NCBI GenBank assembly: GCA_040954595.2
Contig: CM082598.2
Location: forward strand, 7,889,097-7,953,096
DNA: 64,000 nucleotides
Direction of reading: 5' to 3'
Source of the DNA: Balanoglossus misakiensis
Taxonomy: Eukaryota; Animalia; Hemichordata
Part shown: positions 1 through 14,314 of the stretch, in pieces
Layout: each line of letters opens with the position of its first letter
Numbering within the stretch: position 1 is the first letter of the stretch
Program-made: the position numbers and the translations under genes
Notes under the pieces: generated by a model
Database searches by the model: none
Told to the model about the DNA's origin: nothing
What the model saw: the letters and a program-made list of their open reading frames with translations, nothing else

Positions 1-239
1 TGCTCCCAGCTGGAAACGTCGATTCAATTCGATTCATCATGAATTTGATCCAATTTTCTAAAAACCTAACTTGCGGGCGCTGTTACTTCTCAATGTAAGC
101 AGGTAACGTAACACAAACTGGTCGTTTTTTCATACTTGTGCTATATTTAAGTAGGATGCGTGGCCAACGTTTGGACTTAATTTTTTGTTATTGACATAAT
201 ACCACACGAGCTGATATGACCTAATTTAAAAAAAACTGT

Positions 240-790
240 CCCAAAACTGCCAAACTCAAATATTCAAACATCATCAAAATTGTACAATATCTTACATCAA
301 TCAGTATAAGGAACATGCTTACCGAAGTTCAAAGCAATCTAACAAGTGGTTTCAAGGACAAAAACTTCTGACGAAAAATTGCAACAGTTAGGCCCTACCT
401 CAAGAACATAAATATGCACATTTCAGCAAAATTTTAAGACAACTCACAATTGCTTAACCCTGAAAACATGCCTACCAATTTTCAAAGCAATCTGACAAGC
501 GGTTTCCGAGAAAACGATTTTTGACCAAAAATTGCAAAATTTGGCCCATAATTACAAATATGCAAACTTTGCAACAATTTGAAAAAAAAAACAAAGATCA
601 CCTATAGGAAGCTTTATACTGATTTTTTTTTACAGAAATCGACCAATCACTTTCATAGAAGATGTGGAAAAAATGAAAGTACAAAATTCACGATATAAGG
701 TCAAAACTTATAGAGCTCTGTAATGTTGGCAGAAGATATATGCATACCAATTTTCAAAGAAATCTGACCAGTAGTTTCCAGCTAATGTGT
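240..790 (+). repeat. Fragment of a dispersed repeat (Helentron/HINE-like body with internal subrepeats)
   Basis: Recurrent 'catgcctaccaattttcaaagcaatctgacaagyggttt' subrepeats, also seen at 36500-37100 and in looser form at 45400-45600. Confidence 0.45.
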
Positions 791-1951
791 CCGAGAACAG
801 ACAAAAACAGAGAGCAGAACAGCCAAAGTGAGAGAACAGAATAGCCAAAACTATCAACAGCGCTTAACTCCACATCTGAAAGCAAACCATTTGTTGGAGC
901 GATATTCAGGTCCTAAGAAAACTCAAACTTCAATCAGACAGAACATACTGGTCATCACAATTGCCTTCTGATTGGAATCTGTGCTGGAAAAGCAACAACA
1001 AATACTGATCCTCACCTGAAATCAAAGAGACAGACAAAAGTACTCATTTTATCAGAATATTTATTTTAAGTATGCAAAAATCCTAATATGATATATCTGT
1101 CTACTTATTTATCATGATAGGAAAATTGTTGAAATAAAAATATCAAAGATATTCCTTCCTAATGCTGCATATAATATTTACATACTCTGGCAGTCTTGTA
1201 AGTACAATGAAATGTTAGTCAGAAGCTCTTCTTAAGAACTGAGTAATTCTCAGTACAACAAGCAATATGTGGAAAATACCAACTTAGCATCTGAGGCAAA
1301 ATGAAAGAAATTGAGGAATGGTGTCCCCCCTCCCCTTCAGCACTATACATGATTCTACAGCCTCAGAGGGTCATTCTTCACACACACATAAAATGAATGG
1401 CTGATTACATGAAATATTTTCGAAAGTCAATAAGTGGTCATGAAAGGCTCTTGTTTTTGTTAAAATAAAAAAATATTAGGAAATTCAAGAAAGGTAAAAA
1501 GCAATGTATGTGAATATTGATATTAAAAACATGTGAATTTAATCATTTGGCTACTATGGTCACTGGATAGAAGAGATTAGGACTTTGTTATGACTTTATT
1601 TGCATTTGAATAGTGAAGTTTCCTTTTGACGTTGAACCCCATAGCTGGACGAGAAAATGATCTAAACGTATCATGAACGTTTATTTTGTTGACACCATTC
1701 ATTAATTTACCTTTTTAAGCATATATAAATGCATTATATCTCGATTGTAATTTGAGTGCATTTCGAGTCTATTAAAGTACTTTTCGTCGTACGAGGTCTC
1801 CTTCGCTCCAGTCACTTCCTTATAACAGACTATATTTCTTCACATGCATCTAATAGTTTGATTCTAACATACTTGTCACGGGTGTCGCCGTTCACCACAA
1901 AACACACCAAAATGGTTTAAAGGTTTCACAAGACATAGGCCTATAACATTT

Positions 1952-2275
1952 CTTAACTGAAATTGAAGAGGGACATCATCAGTTCATATGTGTGGCCGGT
2001 CTGGCTACACAGGTGAACTGCTAAATTACACACATGTATGGGAGTTCACCTACAGCAGAATACACCAAAATTCATGCAAGTGAAAAATACAGAAGTACAA
2101 TTGAAGACTTGACAGTTCAGACACCAATTACTTGTGCTGAAATGAGCCAGTAGAATGCACCAATATAAAACGCTTCAAGCTACAGGTAAAGTACAAGGAA
2201 AACTAACCTGAAATTGAACATAGACATCTTCAGTTCATACATGTGGCCGGTCTGGATACAGAGATGAACTGACTA
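1952..2275. repeat. Diverged direct repeat (~70-bp core, ~250-bp spacing)
   Basis: 'ctgaaattgaa...acatc.tcagttcata..tgtggccggtctgg.tacac/gag.tgaactg' occurs at ~1957 and ~2208. Confidence 0.7.
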
Positions 2276-4126
2276 AATATATGCATGGGGTCCTTTTATA
2301 TCAGCAATCTACACTATGGTGGCGCATTAGCTTGAGTTCATTAGTCAAATGAAACATCCTGGTGGTTTGCATATAATTGAGATCAACAAATAGAATGTAA
2401 GTTCTATCATTACTAGAAAGGTGTCCACATGAATAAATGATTAAATGATGACTGCAAAGAATACAGGTGTTACATACATACAGATATTATATATATTCAA
2501 GTGAACAAATGGTTCGGTCCAAATCCATTGTTTCCTGTTGGAAAGTTGGCTGTCTACACAGGGAATTGGGTGAAAGGTGAGAGTGCTAAGAAAAAAGGCC
2601 GATGGTAATTTTCCATTTTTATCTAAATGGAATACATGTTTGGGCTTAATCTTTCTCAATAATGCTGACACACAAAAAGTTAATTGTTTTACCAAACATT
2701 CCTTGAGAGTCGAATGAAGGCACTTGATATTAGCACAGAGACTGATTTTTTCCACACACCACTTTTCTCTTTTCATAGAGCTCCATTCAAATTTTGTACA
2801 CAACAATGTAATGACACTGTCACTACCCAAGCCTAAACTTTCAAATTACAATGTGACATTTCAAAACACTGTTAGACTCCCCAATGAAATATTAACTCTG
2901 GATCAGCATCCCTTCAAATTAGTGATAGCCCTGGGGTGAGTTTCGTTAATTTTGTTATAATGGTGTTATTTAATTGTTTGGCTGTAACAAACATACTACA
3001 TTGAAGTATAAACATGTTATGTCCACACATATGCTGTAGGTTCAGCTTCAATTCAATTTTCATCAATCAAATCATAACAAATTATTCAACAACAAAAAAT
3101 TAACATGAAGAGCTGGTGACTTTGTGGCTTTCACAAGATAAATATATACGTGTGAACATTGCCCCATGCTAGAGTGTAATATTAACACGTCTCATACAAC
3201 CTACAATTCTCTGTATAAAACGAAACACATTCATTATAGCTGGCTTAGTTGGTCCACAGGTAATCTGTAACCAGATAGGCTGACCTGAGCAATCCATGTT
3301 TTTGCAAGTGTTTTATTGTCACTGTTATAGTGTGACTTCTTTGGTGTAATGCTCAACTGAACACAAGAGTATCAGAATTGGACAGATAAATGACCAATAA
3401 CAGAAAGTCTGTGATTGGGTAATACAAATGATAAGTACACAACTGGAAGTTCTGTCAATCAAAGTTCTGTCTATTGCTCTCTTCCCTGAGGGAACTTTAG
3501 AGAGCAACTTTAGAGATATGTTCTCCAGTTTAATGATCAGGCATTAATGAAATATTAGTCTAGTATATAGCTGTATTTTGTCTGCTTTGCCTCCAAAAAC
3601 GTCTAGCGTCCCCTTGAAGTCAATCACAGACTTTGTTTTTCCAATGATTGGTTAAAGGATACATATGTGTGATTAAGGATGGGTACCGTTTTAAATTCAA
3701 ATTAGCCTTGCCATCACTATAATGTTATACCCAATCACCATTCAAGGGAGATGCTAGTTACATCACAATTCCCAGCAAAGGGGTATCGGGCAGGAAAAAA
3801 TACAGCTGCATACTGTACAACTGGACATTTTCGCGGAAGGAAATTTTCGCAATATCGAACTAGGAACTGTTTCACAACGATTAATTTTTAAAATTATGTG
3901 ATAGCTTTGGAATGGATGTGTCTGTATACAGTAAATACTGATGAGAATGATAAATATTACATATCCCCAACACTTGACTGTGTGGAATATTTGAAAATTC
4001 CAGGATACCTTGATAAATTTCTGACATTTCTTTGGGCATCTGGGTTTCAGTTAGTACATAGAAGTTACAATGGTAATGAAGGCATGAACAGTCTCCTGTT
4101 CATTATAGTCAGTTTCCTGTATGAGT

Positions 4127-4386
4127 TTATTGATTCAGAATATCAAAAAATCTCCTGTCATCAGCCAGCAGACTACTACTTGATTGTTGCTGTGTTTGTT
4201 GCATGCTGGGTGCCAAGCCCATCTGAGGTACCTGTGGTCGCGGCCGTGGCTGTTGTCCTAGTAACAGCTGTTGTTGATGTTGTTGTTGTGATAACTGCTG
4301 CTGTTGCTGTTGTTGTTGCCATGTTTGTTGTGTTGCTGTTTTGGTGGTGGAATGGTTGCTTGTGTTCCACTGGCTTGTTGTTGCTG
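4127..4386 (-). pseudogene. MED25: MED25 pseudogene terminal exon (Q-rich, ends ...LLADDRRFFDILNQ*)
   Basis: Acceptor ...caactgcag; phase 1 matches the previous exon; acidic-hydrophobic C-terminus resembles the MED25 end. Confidence 0.7.
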
Positions 4387-5585
4387 CTGCAGTTGAATGC
4401 AAACAAAATGGTTTTCTTTTTAGAGTCACTTCACAGAAGGCAGCAATGTATCAGGAGACAGCTCTCTTTAACGTTCTTCAGATTTGTCAATCAGACTGAA
4501 ACTTAGGGAGGCATAAAGTAAATGTACTTTGGTGAATAGATTTAGGCCACGTCTAAAATATTATGGTTAATTTCAGGACCACATTGACCAATGTTGACCT
4601 CATTAATTATGTACACACCTCATTTTAGGCTAACCAGTAAAGCAAGAAGTCTAGTTTTTGTTGGGCATAGTTCAGTTGAGGATCAACGTTTTTTGACAAA
4701 ATTTTGGGTGACCTCTGGGTGACGTTTGCTCTACTTTTGCCATATCTCAGCATCCACAACAGATAATCCTTGATATTCTGTGGGAATCCTGGGAATTGCT
4801 TGTGCCCCACAAACACTGTTTGCAGCTTTAATTCCCTATGTTATTAGATGTAGGCATTTTGGAAACTGTGTGATCAAAATTCTAAGCAGACTTTGTTAAA
4901 GGGTGACGATCGTCTAACGTGAATGTGCTAAACCAGAGACGCTGGTTACAAAAATTGTATACAGTCAATGTCTTAAGACAGTGTGCTGTCCAAGCAACAG
5001 ACAGGATGGCGGTGACCATAGTCTGTGTTGGAGATTGGGTAAAGACAGCAAACTGGGTGAAAAGAAGAAGTGACAAAACTGAAGTCTATGTATGTGGTGT
5101 GCATGAAATATTGAAGGATAGGAAGGCAGTCCACTATTTGAATGCATTGAACACAATATTTGCAGAACTTTTGGATTGAACATTCTGTTTGTACACGTGA
5201 AATTACACACATGCGCAAAAGACAGTTGTCGGTCTTTTAAACTTTCTACCAGAGGTTATCATCAGTGCTTCCACACTAGTATGACGGAAAAAAATAGTAG
5301 AAATGAAAATAAGACTGAGACAAGATTTGTCTGTAATTTAGGTCTGCTTTGGGCTAATTGTGCATTGAATTTCTTCTGTATGACTTTCTAACTCAATGAG
5401 TCAGGTCCCCAATACATTATAATGATTTTGGGAATAACACAGAACATGTTATTTTGTAACATCAAGAAAGCTCCTTTTATAGAAAAAAACATTTTCTTAT
5501 TCCCCACTTAAAGATTCCCAGGAGTGATATGGGTTTCAGTCATGGGTTTCAAATATTCACTGTACACATTTTTGTGACAACTTAC

Positions 5586-5817
5586 TTGTTGACTAAGTAA
5601 GAGATGTCCGAGTTGTTGGTTGTATATTGGCTGGCTATGCTTGCATTGCTTGTTGCTGTTGGGCTCTCTGTTGTTGTAATCTTTGTAATTGCTGTTGTTA
5701 TTGTCTTCCTGCTATTAGTTGACTTTGTCTGGCATGTTGATCTTGCTGTTGTTTCAATTCAAGTTCTTTTTTTTTCTGTGGCATCTCTAGATTCTTCTGC
5801 AGTGCTTGAATATTCCT
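5586..5817 (-). pseudogene. MED25: MED25 pseudogene Q-rich exon with 3 in-frame stops
   Basis: ttttag|AGG...CAA|gtaag; reads RNIQALQKNLEMPQKKKELELKQQQDQHARQSQLIAGRQ*QQQLQRLQQQRAQQQQAMQA*PANIQPTTRTSLT*ST. Confidence 0.75.
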
Positions 5818-6556
5818 CTAAAAGATCAAACAAAGAAATGTATAAACAGTCAAACATTGCCATCTGTGTCAATCTACCAACAGGTAACTTACTACAGGAG
5901 CTTTAGCCAATTTTCACTTGGGAGATTATTGAAATCAATTTAAAGCTCAGTAACTCCAACTTCGGGTTATTTTCTCAATACTTTTTGGGGTATCAACTGT
6001 GGTTTCTTGTTCCACTTATCATGGAATTAATAATATTCAAATATTTGAAGGGATTAAAAAGTACATACTGTAAACACTTCAGTGCCTTTCACAGGTGCCA
6101 TCAACGCCGCCCGAGCAGCGGCCCTAGGGCGGCGTTAATTTGTAAGTGCCACGTGTGAAAAGGTGAGAGCGGCCCTGCGCCGCTCTTTTTTGGGGACGGT
6201 GTTGAGGGGTGGGACCTGGGTCGGGGCGCCTGACTAACCATCGATTCAAATCACGTGTGAACATTGTAGTGGCGTTCTCACTGGCACGTTTACACCGGTG
6301 CTTCAATGGTGTAGATTTGACACCGACGGAAAAAAACAAGTGAGAAGGCTTTACGCCGGTGTTGCGCCGGTGTTGATTTGTGACGGCGATGGGTGGCGGG
6401 TCAGGGCCAGTGCTGGGCCAGCGCTCCGACGCAAATGTGCAGTGAGAACGCAAAGATTTAAACAAACACCGTTCAAAAGCGCCACCCTGCGACGACCTTT
6501 GCGCATGTTTATGGGGTAACCTATTACCTCGGTCAGTTTCTATTGAGACATCAACA

Positions 6557-6947
6557 ATGACAGACGCAACGTACACACGAGGAAACAACTGGACTGATGA
6601 CGAAGTGCAGATTTTGCTGGCCGTTTGGCGTGACGAACGAGTTCTGAAAATGATGGACAGCACCTCAAGAGACACCGTAGTCTACAGAACGATATCAGAA
6701 AAGGCAGCATCCAAGGGGCTAAAGAGGAGTCAGGAACAGTGCCACTGAAAAATCAAGAGCCTGAAAGCCAAGTTCTAAGAGGTAATGGACAATAACAACA
6801 GGAGCGTTCGAGCTCGGAAATCGATGCCGTTTTTTGACGAATTGAGCGAAATCCTTGGTGATCGACCGGTGGTAAATTCTGACAGAGGCACTATTGCGCA
6901 GAGTATCATCAACAAAGATACAGCTACAACTTCTGAGCAAGAAAATG
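6557..6947 (+). pseudogene. Harbinger Myb/SANT-like (trihelix) DNA-binding protein, exon 1, disrupted
   Basis: NNWTDDEVQILLAVW...VYRTISEK...RSQEQCH*KIKSLKAKF*EV...MPFFDELSEILG; two in-frame stops; gt donor at 6948; no downstream exons recognised. Confidence 0.85.
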
Positions 6948-7843
6948 GTAAGTTGTTTGCGTTTAACAATTTTGTTTTACCTGCTACCTGGGATTGTCTA
7001 CTAGCTGCCCTATAAAGGAAATCTCTAAGGAAATCTCTAAATCCAAGACAGGCACACTTCATATTGATTCTTTAACGTGGTATTTTGTACGTTTTTTCCC
7101 AATAGTTAATTTTGAAATAATTTTGTCAATTTTTCACCATTGTTTTATTAATATATTCATAACATTTCGGGAGATTTAAAGGAGCTACAACCAGACACAT
7201 TTACAAACAACATTTTCATATTTACATAACTTATAAGGAAACAAGCAAAGTGAACTGCAAAGCATGTTTTTGGCTTTCTTTTTGACTGTGTTTTTTTTTC
7301 TTTTTATAATTTCTATTCATGTATTCAAGTGTTAATAATAATAAAACATGTCTTGTGATTTTTTAACATATTTAGTTTCATTGTCGTACTGTGTTGCTCA
7401 GTTGCTGAAACTTTTGAAAAGTCACAGCTTTGTTCTATTTAGACCAAATAAACGTTCGTGGAAAAAATACAAGTGACTTCGTTTTGAAAGCTTTTATTTA
7501 AAAATTGTAAACGTGATTGTTGTACAAAATGATTTCCCAAGTGAGGTAAATTTCCAATTCATTGCACAAACAAGATGACAGATCAAAAGGGCAAAACAAC
7601 AAATGTCAATGACAGATGTGTTTATAAAAAGTCTGTTCCAAATTTCAGCCGATATTTGGCATTACAAGAAAAAGGGAATTACATGGCTCAAATACTTGTA
7701 CACTGAATCTGAAAAAAAAGAAAAATACACATTGCAAAATTAAAAAAAGGACTAACATATAACTGAAAAAGTTACATGTTTAAATGGGCCACAGATGTTT
7801 ATCCTTGCTGTTGGCAAAGTGTGCATCATTGACTATAATTGGC

Positions 7844-9828
7844 CTACAATCGATTGTCCCGAAAATGCTGAACAAGAGCCTGCCTCACACGTGCTGCATT
7901 TCCATCAGCAGCAGCATTCAAATTGGCATTTGACACATCAAACTCCTCTTGGCCATTTAACCACTGGTCATTAAATGGATTGCCATGCCTTTCACACAAG
8001 TTGTGCAGAATGCAACATGATGTAACAATAGCTGGTATCAGGTCAGTCGAACAGTCATTGCGTTTCAGAAGGCACCGCCACCTACCCTTGAGTCGACCAA
8101 GTGCATTTTCAATGACCATTCTGGCCCTGCTTAGTCGCCTGTTGAAGTAGATTTCATCAGCTGTCAGTGAACCTGTGTCTGAGTATGGTTTCATCAGGTG
8201 TTTCTGTAGTGGGTAGGCTGGGTCTCCAAGCAGCATAAGAGGAACCTCTGCACCCCCTATCTGTCTCGTTGTGCCTGGCAGTAGTTGGTTTTCTGTAAGC
8301 TTCTGTTGAAGATTTGAATTGGCATACACGCGGGCATCGTGTGCACTGCCAGGCCAGCCAACACACGTGTCAACAACAGTATTTATCATCTGCAACTGCT
8401 TGTAGTATAACAGAATGAAAACTCTTTCTGTTAAAATAGTCCTTTGCATACTTCTCTGGCGTGACGATTGGGATATGGGAACCATCTATTGTCCCCACAA
8501 CTTGGGGAAAACCCCAGCGCTGTTGGAAAACCGTCAACTACTCTCTGTTAAGGAAAAACAACCAAACAACAATTAATATTTGATGTAGATAAAAAAGCAA
8601 TCTTAGTATCTTGTAATTAGAAATATCATACGATATGTTGCAAAACCTGGCTGTACATAAATCTATCATGTCATTCCATGGTGAAAAATAGAACTGCAAT
8701 ATACTGAAGAAATAAAAGTATAAAGTATAAACAATACCTCTAATTCATTTCCAGTTGGAAATCTAATAACCTCCTGCAAGAATTCTTCATTTATTTCTTG
8801 GCACGTCTCACGAAAAATACTGCAGGTAGTTGATCTGGCTACTCCAAACAGATGCACAATTTGTCTGTATTCACAGTTGGTTGACAGTCTCCATAATGTT
8901 ATTGCAAGTCTCATTTCAACTGTCACTGCCCTTCTCATCCGGGTATCCACACGCTCTAGCCTTCTCCGTAGTCTGGTGCAGATGTACATGAATGTATCAT
9001 GTGTCATTCTATAATGGTGGGAGGAAGAAAAGAAAAAATAGGCAAAGTTCTACAAGTACAACATAGATTTCCAAGGAAAACTATTTTGTAGACAATTTGT
9101 TTTCTATCAAAACTTTGCGCAAGTTCATTATCAGAAATCAAGTCATATAATGCATTCAGTGAAAATTGGATATTGCATGTACATGTACATCATTGCACAA
9201 TAAAGCATACTTTACTTGCACATGTTGCATAGTGTATCCATTAATTTTGCTAGTATTTTTAATCTGCATAGTGTGCATATTGACTTTGCAATTCATCTGC
9301 ACCATGAGATAAAATCGACTTTAGCAGTAACACTAACAATAATGTGCAGTACTTCGAACACTGGGTTAGTTATACAGTAAGACAGACTTCATTGAGTAAT
9401 GCATACTGAAGTGAAAGCCATACATTGCTTTGCCTTTGGATCGAGTCAATATCAAAGCAACTACCTTTACCATTACTCCCAAGTATCTTACAAAGAAATT
9501 TAGTATTATTTAACATACCTGAAGTTTCTAACTAATCGCGGTTATCCCAGGACTGCATTACTATTGTCCGCCACCACTCGTCAGAGCGTTCTTTTGTCCA
9601 GATTGTTCTGATCCCTGGAGTATCTGCATTGTTCAAATGGGTAAGCAGCAAATGCAGGAAACGCATGTTTGGTCGCTGACGTCGTCGAAAAGGCTGAGAT
9701 GTACGTTCAGTACATTCAGTTCTTCTAAAGCATCAAAATGGTCATGAAGACGACGGCGATGTTGTCTAGAACGCATATGCAGGTATAGAAACTGCAGACA
9801 TGTCGCTATAACATCATCGTCCGCCATT
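7844..9828 (-). pseudogene. Harbinger (HARBI1-like) DDE transposase, 3 exons, frameshifted
   Basis: Exons ~9828-9518, ~9010-8737, ~8545-7844. Motifs [93 protein letters not shown]. Frameshifts near 8370 and in exon 1. Confidence 0.9.
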
Positions 9829-12524
9829 TTTGTTTGTTGTCGTGTAGCCAAACAAGTCTGTTGAGGGCGTTTGGGCCAGTGTCATGACCAAAACAAAGGC
9901 CAAAACCATCGTGTGTGGACGCACACAGATTTTGTGGGCTAATCCCCTGTATTTACAAAGAATAAACACTGGCCCTGCACCGGTGTCGAAAAATACAGTG
10001 AGAACAAGACTTGTGACCTTTAGCCTTTGGTAGCATTTGGGTGTATAACATTTCTCTGTTGTTGCTGGCTTATCCGTCAATAAGATAGGTTACATTTATC
10101 TTTAAGGAATTCATAAGTGACTTTGACATAAGACATCTTAACCCTATGACCTTTCATACAATGAGCAGTTGCCAAATTAACTTTCTCTCTGAACATTAAT
10201 GTGACCAATCCAGACCGAACACTAATCCATTCTACTACGCAGAACAACTAATCGCAAAGTAACCCAGGAAGGAAAATGCTGACAAAATCTACACCTATCA
10301 GTAATTTTCAGACATCAAATCTTGTAACTGCATTTGTATTTATACAATTTATTTGAATAATGCCTTTGTGGTTATCTGATGTCAATTATTTAATTGAAGA
10401 GTTGTGTTGGAGTTAACTTGTGTGAATCGCTTGCCTTTCATTCTGACAGTCAATTATATTTTGAGGAAGCGGCTCCCACTTCTAGATTGAAAATATGAAA
10501 TATTTAGAATACAGGTATATGAATTTCTTTTCAATGTACAACAGTATATCACAAGTCATATTTTCACAAGAGGTGGGCCAAACCATACAGGAAACTGTGA
10601 ACAATCATTCAATGCTTTGATATTTGGACTGACAACACCACTCTTTGGCACAATATTCAATTTCAAACATTTTTGAATACTGTAAACGCATTGAATATCG
10701 CATGCATTAAATGTTGCTATTTTGCAATTGGGGCCAGTGAGTGAGCATTTCAAAAGAAATAAAAGTCATTGTTTGTTCCTTGATTTGTGTATCATTTGAT
10801 AACTGCAACCATACACATTCATTGACGAGAAGTGTCAAAACATCCACAGGTCTATTCATTGAATGTGAGCTAGAAACAGAGATGTTACTAGTAGTGTAAT
10901 ACAAAGACAGCAAATAGCAGCCGGGAAATCAAAGACTTGTTTCCTACAAAAAAATCCAGCCATGTCATGTTGCTGGAAAGTCTTTGTACTTCAATAACAA
11001 TGCAGTCCAATTATGAAAGGGAAAGCTATGGATATGTCCTGTTTTAAACATTTGTTTGTACTATTTTGATATTCGCCATGTTAATATCACCACAAGCTAT
11101 ATCCACACTACACACAACTGCAAGTTCACTGGCCTAAAGTCACTTGTGGATGTTGACACTAATACCCATTAAAACTTCCTATCTGGGAACATGTAAATGC
11201 ACACTACAGGAAAACAAACCAATAATTCAGAACACTCTTGTGACAGTCACAGAACTTGTGAATTTTGTTACAAAAAGAGTTATCCTGAAAATTGAAATTC
11301 ACAACCTGACGACCATCACTGATTTTAGTCATGCTACCATCACTGAATGATGAACTCAAACAAAAAATTGCTTAATACGCTGTTAAAAATATCAATGCAA
11401 CAAAAACACAAATGATCGAGTCCTGTCATATATGTACATCAAGCAACATCAACTGAAAGGCTACAGGCAGTATCGTCAATACACAGGTTGTTGTTGCTAT
11501 GCTCAAGGCGTCAATGAATTGGTGGTCACATTTCATTGAACAATGATAGGGCAAGTGCTCACTCACTTCTTCAGTGAATTTCACTGTTTGTTTATCTTAT
11601 CATAAAAACTTGGGCACCGCAGTCCTTTGGACAAAAATATTCATGTGTGGTGATTTAAAATCAATAATGCAAGAAGCAGAATTAATCACAGAATTAACAG
11701 CCTCTGATTGAAAAGTACTAAATGCTTAATATGCCATATGCCGCACACAGAGTGATCACTTTAGTCAATTGGACCGCTGTTCCAAAGGAGTAAAATGATG
11801 GCAACGTTTTAATATTATATTTATTTTACAAACCCCTGCATCTGAGCTTTACTTTAAAGTACTTCCATTTACTAGTAGTACAAGTACACATCAGTTAACA
11901 TTGACAGCTAGGCATGACATCATAGATGTAGGACTTCAAAATTGACATTCTGAACAGTGGGGGCGCTCTATCATAGTGGGTTTTAATGAACATGTGTATT
12001 TAATTTCATCACTCAGATTTGTCCATGGAAACTGTGTATTTTAACATATGCTTATAGTTAATGCATTTGCTGTATCTAGTCATATAACAGTAATACACCA
12101 TACATGTTCTTAACTCAATCAATGTGTGTGTGTAAGTTCAATTTCTGACCACACTCAGATTACCCAAGTTAATGTGACCAACTCTACTGCGAGTATACAG
12201 ACTTCAACTCCAGAAAACTAGTCACCTACAATAATTGAACTGGAACCATATCCAAAACTTGAGTTTGAGATCTTTTATCAAATCAGTTCTCTTTTTAGAA
12301 TTAGAACTCCTATAGAATTTTTGTGACAGAAGAAATAAAGAGATTCCCAGAAAGAATCCCAGTTCCCTTTTTAGAGGTCCAACATTACCATAGAAAACAA
12401 TGGGTTTGGACTGAACCATGGTGGTGAAAGGGTTAAGCCAGAGCATGTATCAAAATACAGTAAAACCTGTCTCAACCGAACCCTGTCTAATCTGGAAACC
12501 TGTCAATTCCAAAGACATACTTAC

Positions 12525-12632
12525 AAATCCTCCAGACATTATTCTGAAGAGAGATCTGTATGCTTCCTGGCTGATATTCATAAACTGGAACTCCACAGTG
12601 CGTGAGTTGCGAAACATGGCACCAAGTGATTG
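12525..12632 (-). pseudogene. MED25: MED25 ACID/PTOV-domain exon (QSLGAMFRNSRTVEFQFMNISQEAYRSLFRIMSGGF)
   Basis: ccccacag|CAA...TTT|gtaagt, 108 bp; matches MED25 LGPLFRNSRMVQFHF...LYRIMGNGF. Confidence 0.9.
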
Positions 12633-14314
12633 CTGTGGGGGGAAAGATTGACACCTATATAACTCACAGCATACAGCTGCATGTATGGTGACATAGACGA
12701 GAAATATATTCCCTAATTGGGCAATGAGTTGCGAAACATGGCACCAAGTGATTGTTGTGGGGGGAAAGATTGACACCTATATAACTCACAGCATACAGCT
12801 GCATGTATGGTGACATAGACGAGAAATATATTCCCTAAGTGGGCAATGAGTTGCGAAACGTGGCACCAAGTGATTGTTGTGGGGGGAAAGATTGACACCT
12901 ATATAACTCACAGCATACAGCTGCATGTATGGTGACATAGACGAGAAATATATTCCCTAAGTGGGCAATGAGTTGCGAAACGTGGCACCAAGTGATTGTT
13001 GTGGGGGGAAAGATTGACACCTATATAACTCACAGCATACAGCTGCATGTATGGTGACATAGACGAGAAATATATTCCCTAAGTGGGCAATGAGTTGTGA
13101 AACGTGGCACCAAGTGATTGTTGTGGGGGGAAAGATTGACACCTATATAACTCACAGCATACAGCTGCATGTATGGTGACATAGACGAGAAATATATTCC
13201 CTAATTGGGCAATGAGTTGCGAAACGTGGCACCAAGTGATTGTTGTGGGGGAAAGATTGACACCTATATAACTCACAGCATACAGCTGCATGTATGGTGA
13301 CATAGACAAGAAATATATTCCCTAAGTGGGCAATGAGTTGTGAAACGTGGCACCAAGTGATTGTTGTGGGGGGAAAGATTGACACCTATATAACTCACAG
13401 CATACAGCTGCATGTATGGTGACATAGACGAGAAATATATTCCTTAAGTGGGCAATGAGTTGCGAAACGTGGCACCAAGTGATTGTTGTGGGGGGAAAGA
13501 TTGACACCTATATAACTCACAGCATACAGCTGCATGTATCGTGACATAGACGAGAAATATATTCCCTATGTAGGCAATGAGTTGCGGAACATGGCACCAA
13601 GTGATTGTTGTGGGGGGAAAGATTGACACCTATATAACTCACAGCATACAGCTGCATGTATGGTGACATAGACGAGAAATATATTCCCTAAGTGGGCAAT
13701 GAGTTGCGAAACGTGGCACCAAGTGATTGTTGTGGGGGGAAAGATTGACACCTATATAACTCACAGCATACAGCTGCATGTATGGTGACATAGACGAGAA
13801 ATATATTCCCTAAGTGGGCAATGAGTTGCGAAACGTGGCACCAAGTGATTGTTGTGGGGGGAAAGATTGACACCTATATAACTCACAGCATACAGCTGCA
13901 TGTATGGTGACATAGACGAGAAATATATTCCCTAAGTAGGCAATGAGTTGTGAAACGTGGCACCAAGTGATTGTTGTGGGGGGGGGGGGAAGATTGACAC
14001 CTATATAACTCACAGCATACAGCTGCATGTATGGTGACATAGATGAGAAATATATTCCCTAAGTGGGCAATGAGTTGCGAAACATGGCACCAAGTGATTG
14101 TTGTGGGGGGGAAGATTGACACCTATATAACTCACAGCATACAGCTGCATGTATGGTGACATAGACGAGAAATATATTCCCTAAGTAGGCAATGAGTTGT
14201 GAAACATGGCACCAAGTGATTGTTGTGGGGGGAAAGATTGACACCTATATAACTCACAGCATACAGCTACATGTATGGTGACATAGACAAGACATATATT
14301 CTCTAAGTGCGCAA
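12603..14314. repeat. Minisatellite, 14 x ~122 bp; unit = intron 3' end + first 30 nt of the MED25 ACID exon
   Basis: Unit starts at 12603, 12725, 12847, 12969, 13091, 13213, 13334, 13456, 13578, 13700, 13822, 13944, 14071, 14193; near-identical, with a variable G-run. Confidence 0.97.

Larger units (their letters stand above)
6081..10005. mobile_element. PIF/Harbinger DNA transposon, decayed; right TIR not found
   Basis: Left end AGTGCCTTTCAC with GC-rich subterminal repeats (cagtgagaac, caccggtg, actggccctg) that recur at 9965-10005; convergent Myb/SANT and HARBI1-type transposase genes. Confidence 0.85.

Noticed and set aside
3898-5906. Plus-strand hydrophobic ORFs (3898-4506, 5604-5906) resembling membrane proteins
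   Set aside because: Antisense shadows of the CAA/CAG-rich MED25 exons.
12603-14314. CRISPR array, or a family of 61-aa repeat proteins
   Set aside because: No unique spacers, eukaryotic context; the ORFs are by-products of the 122-bp period.
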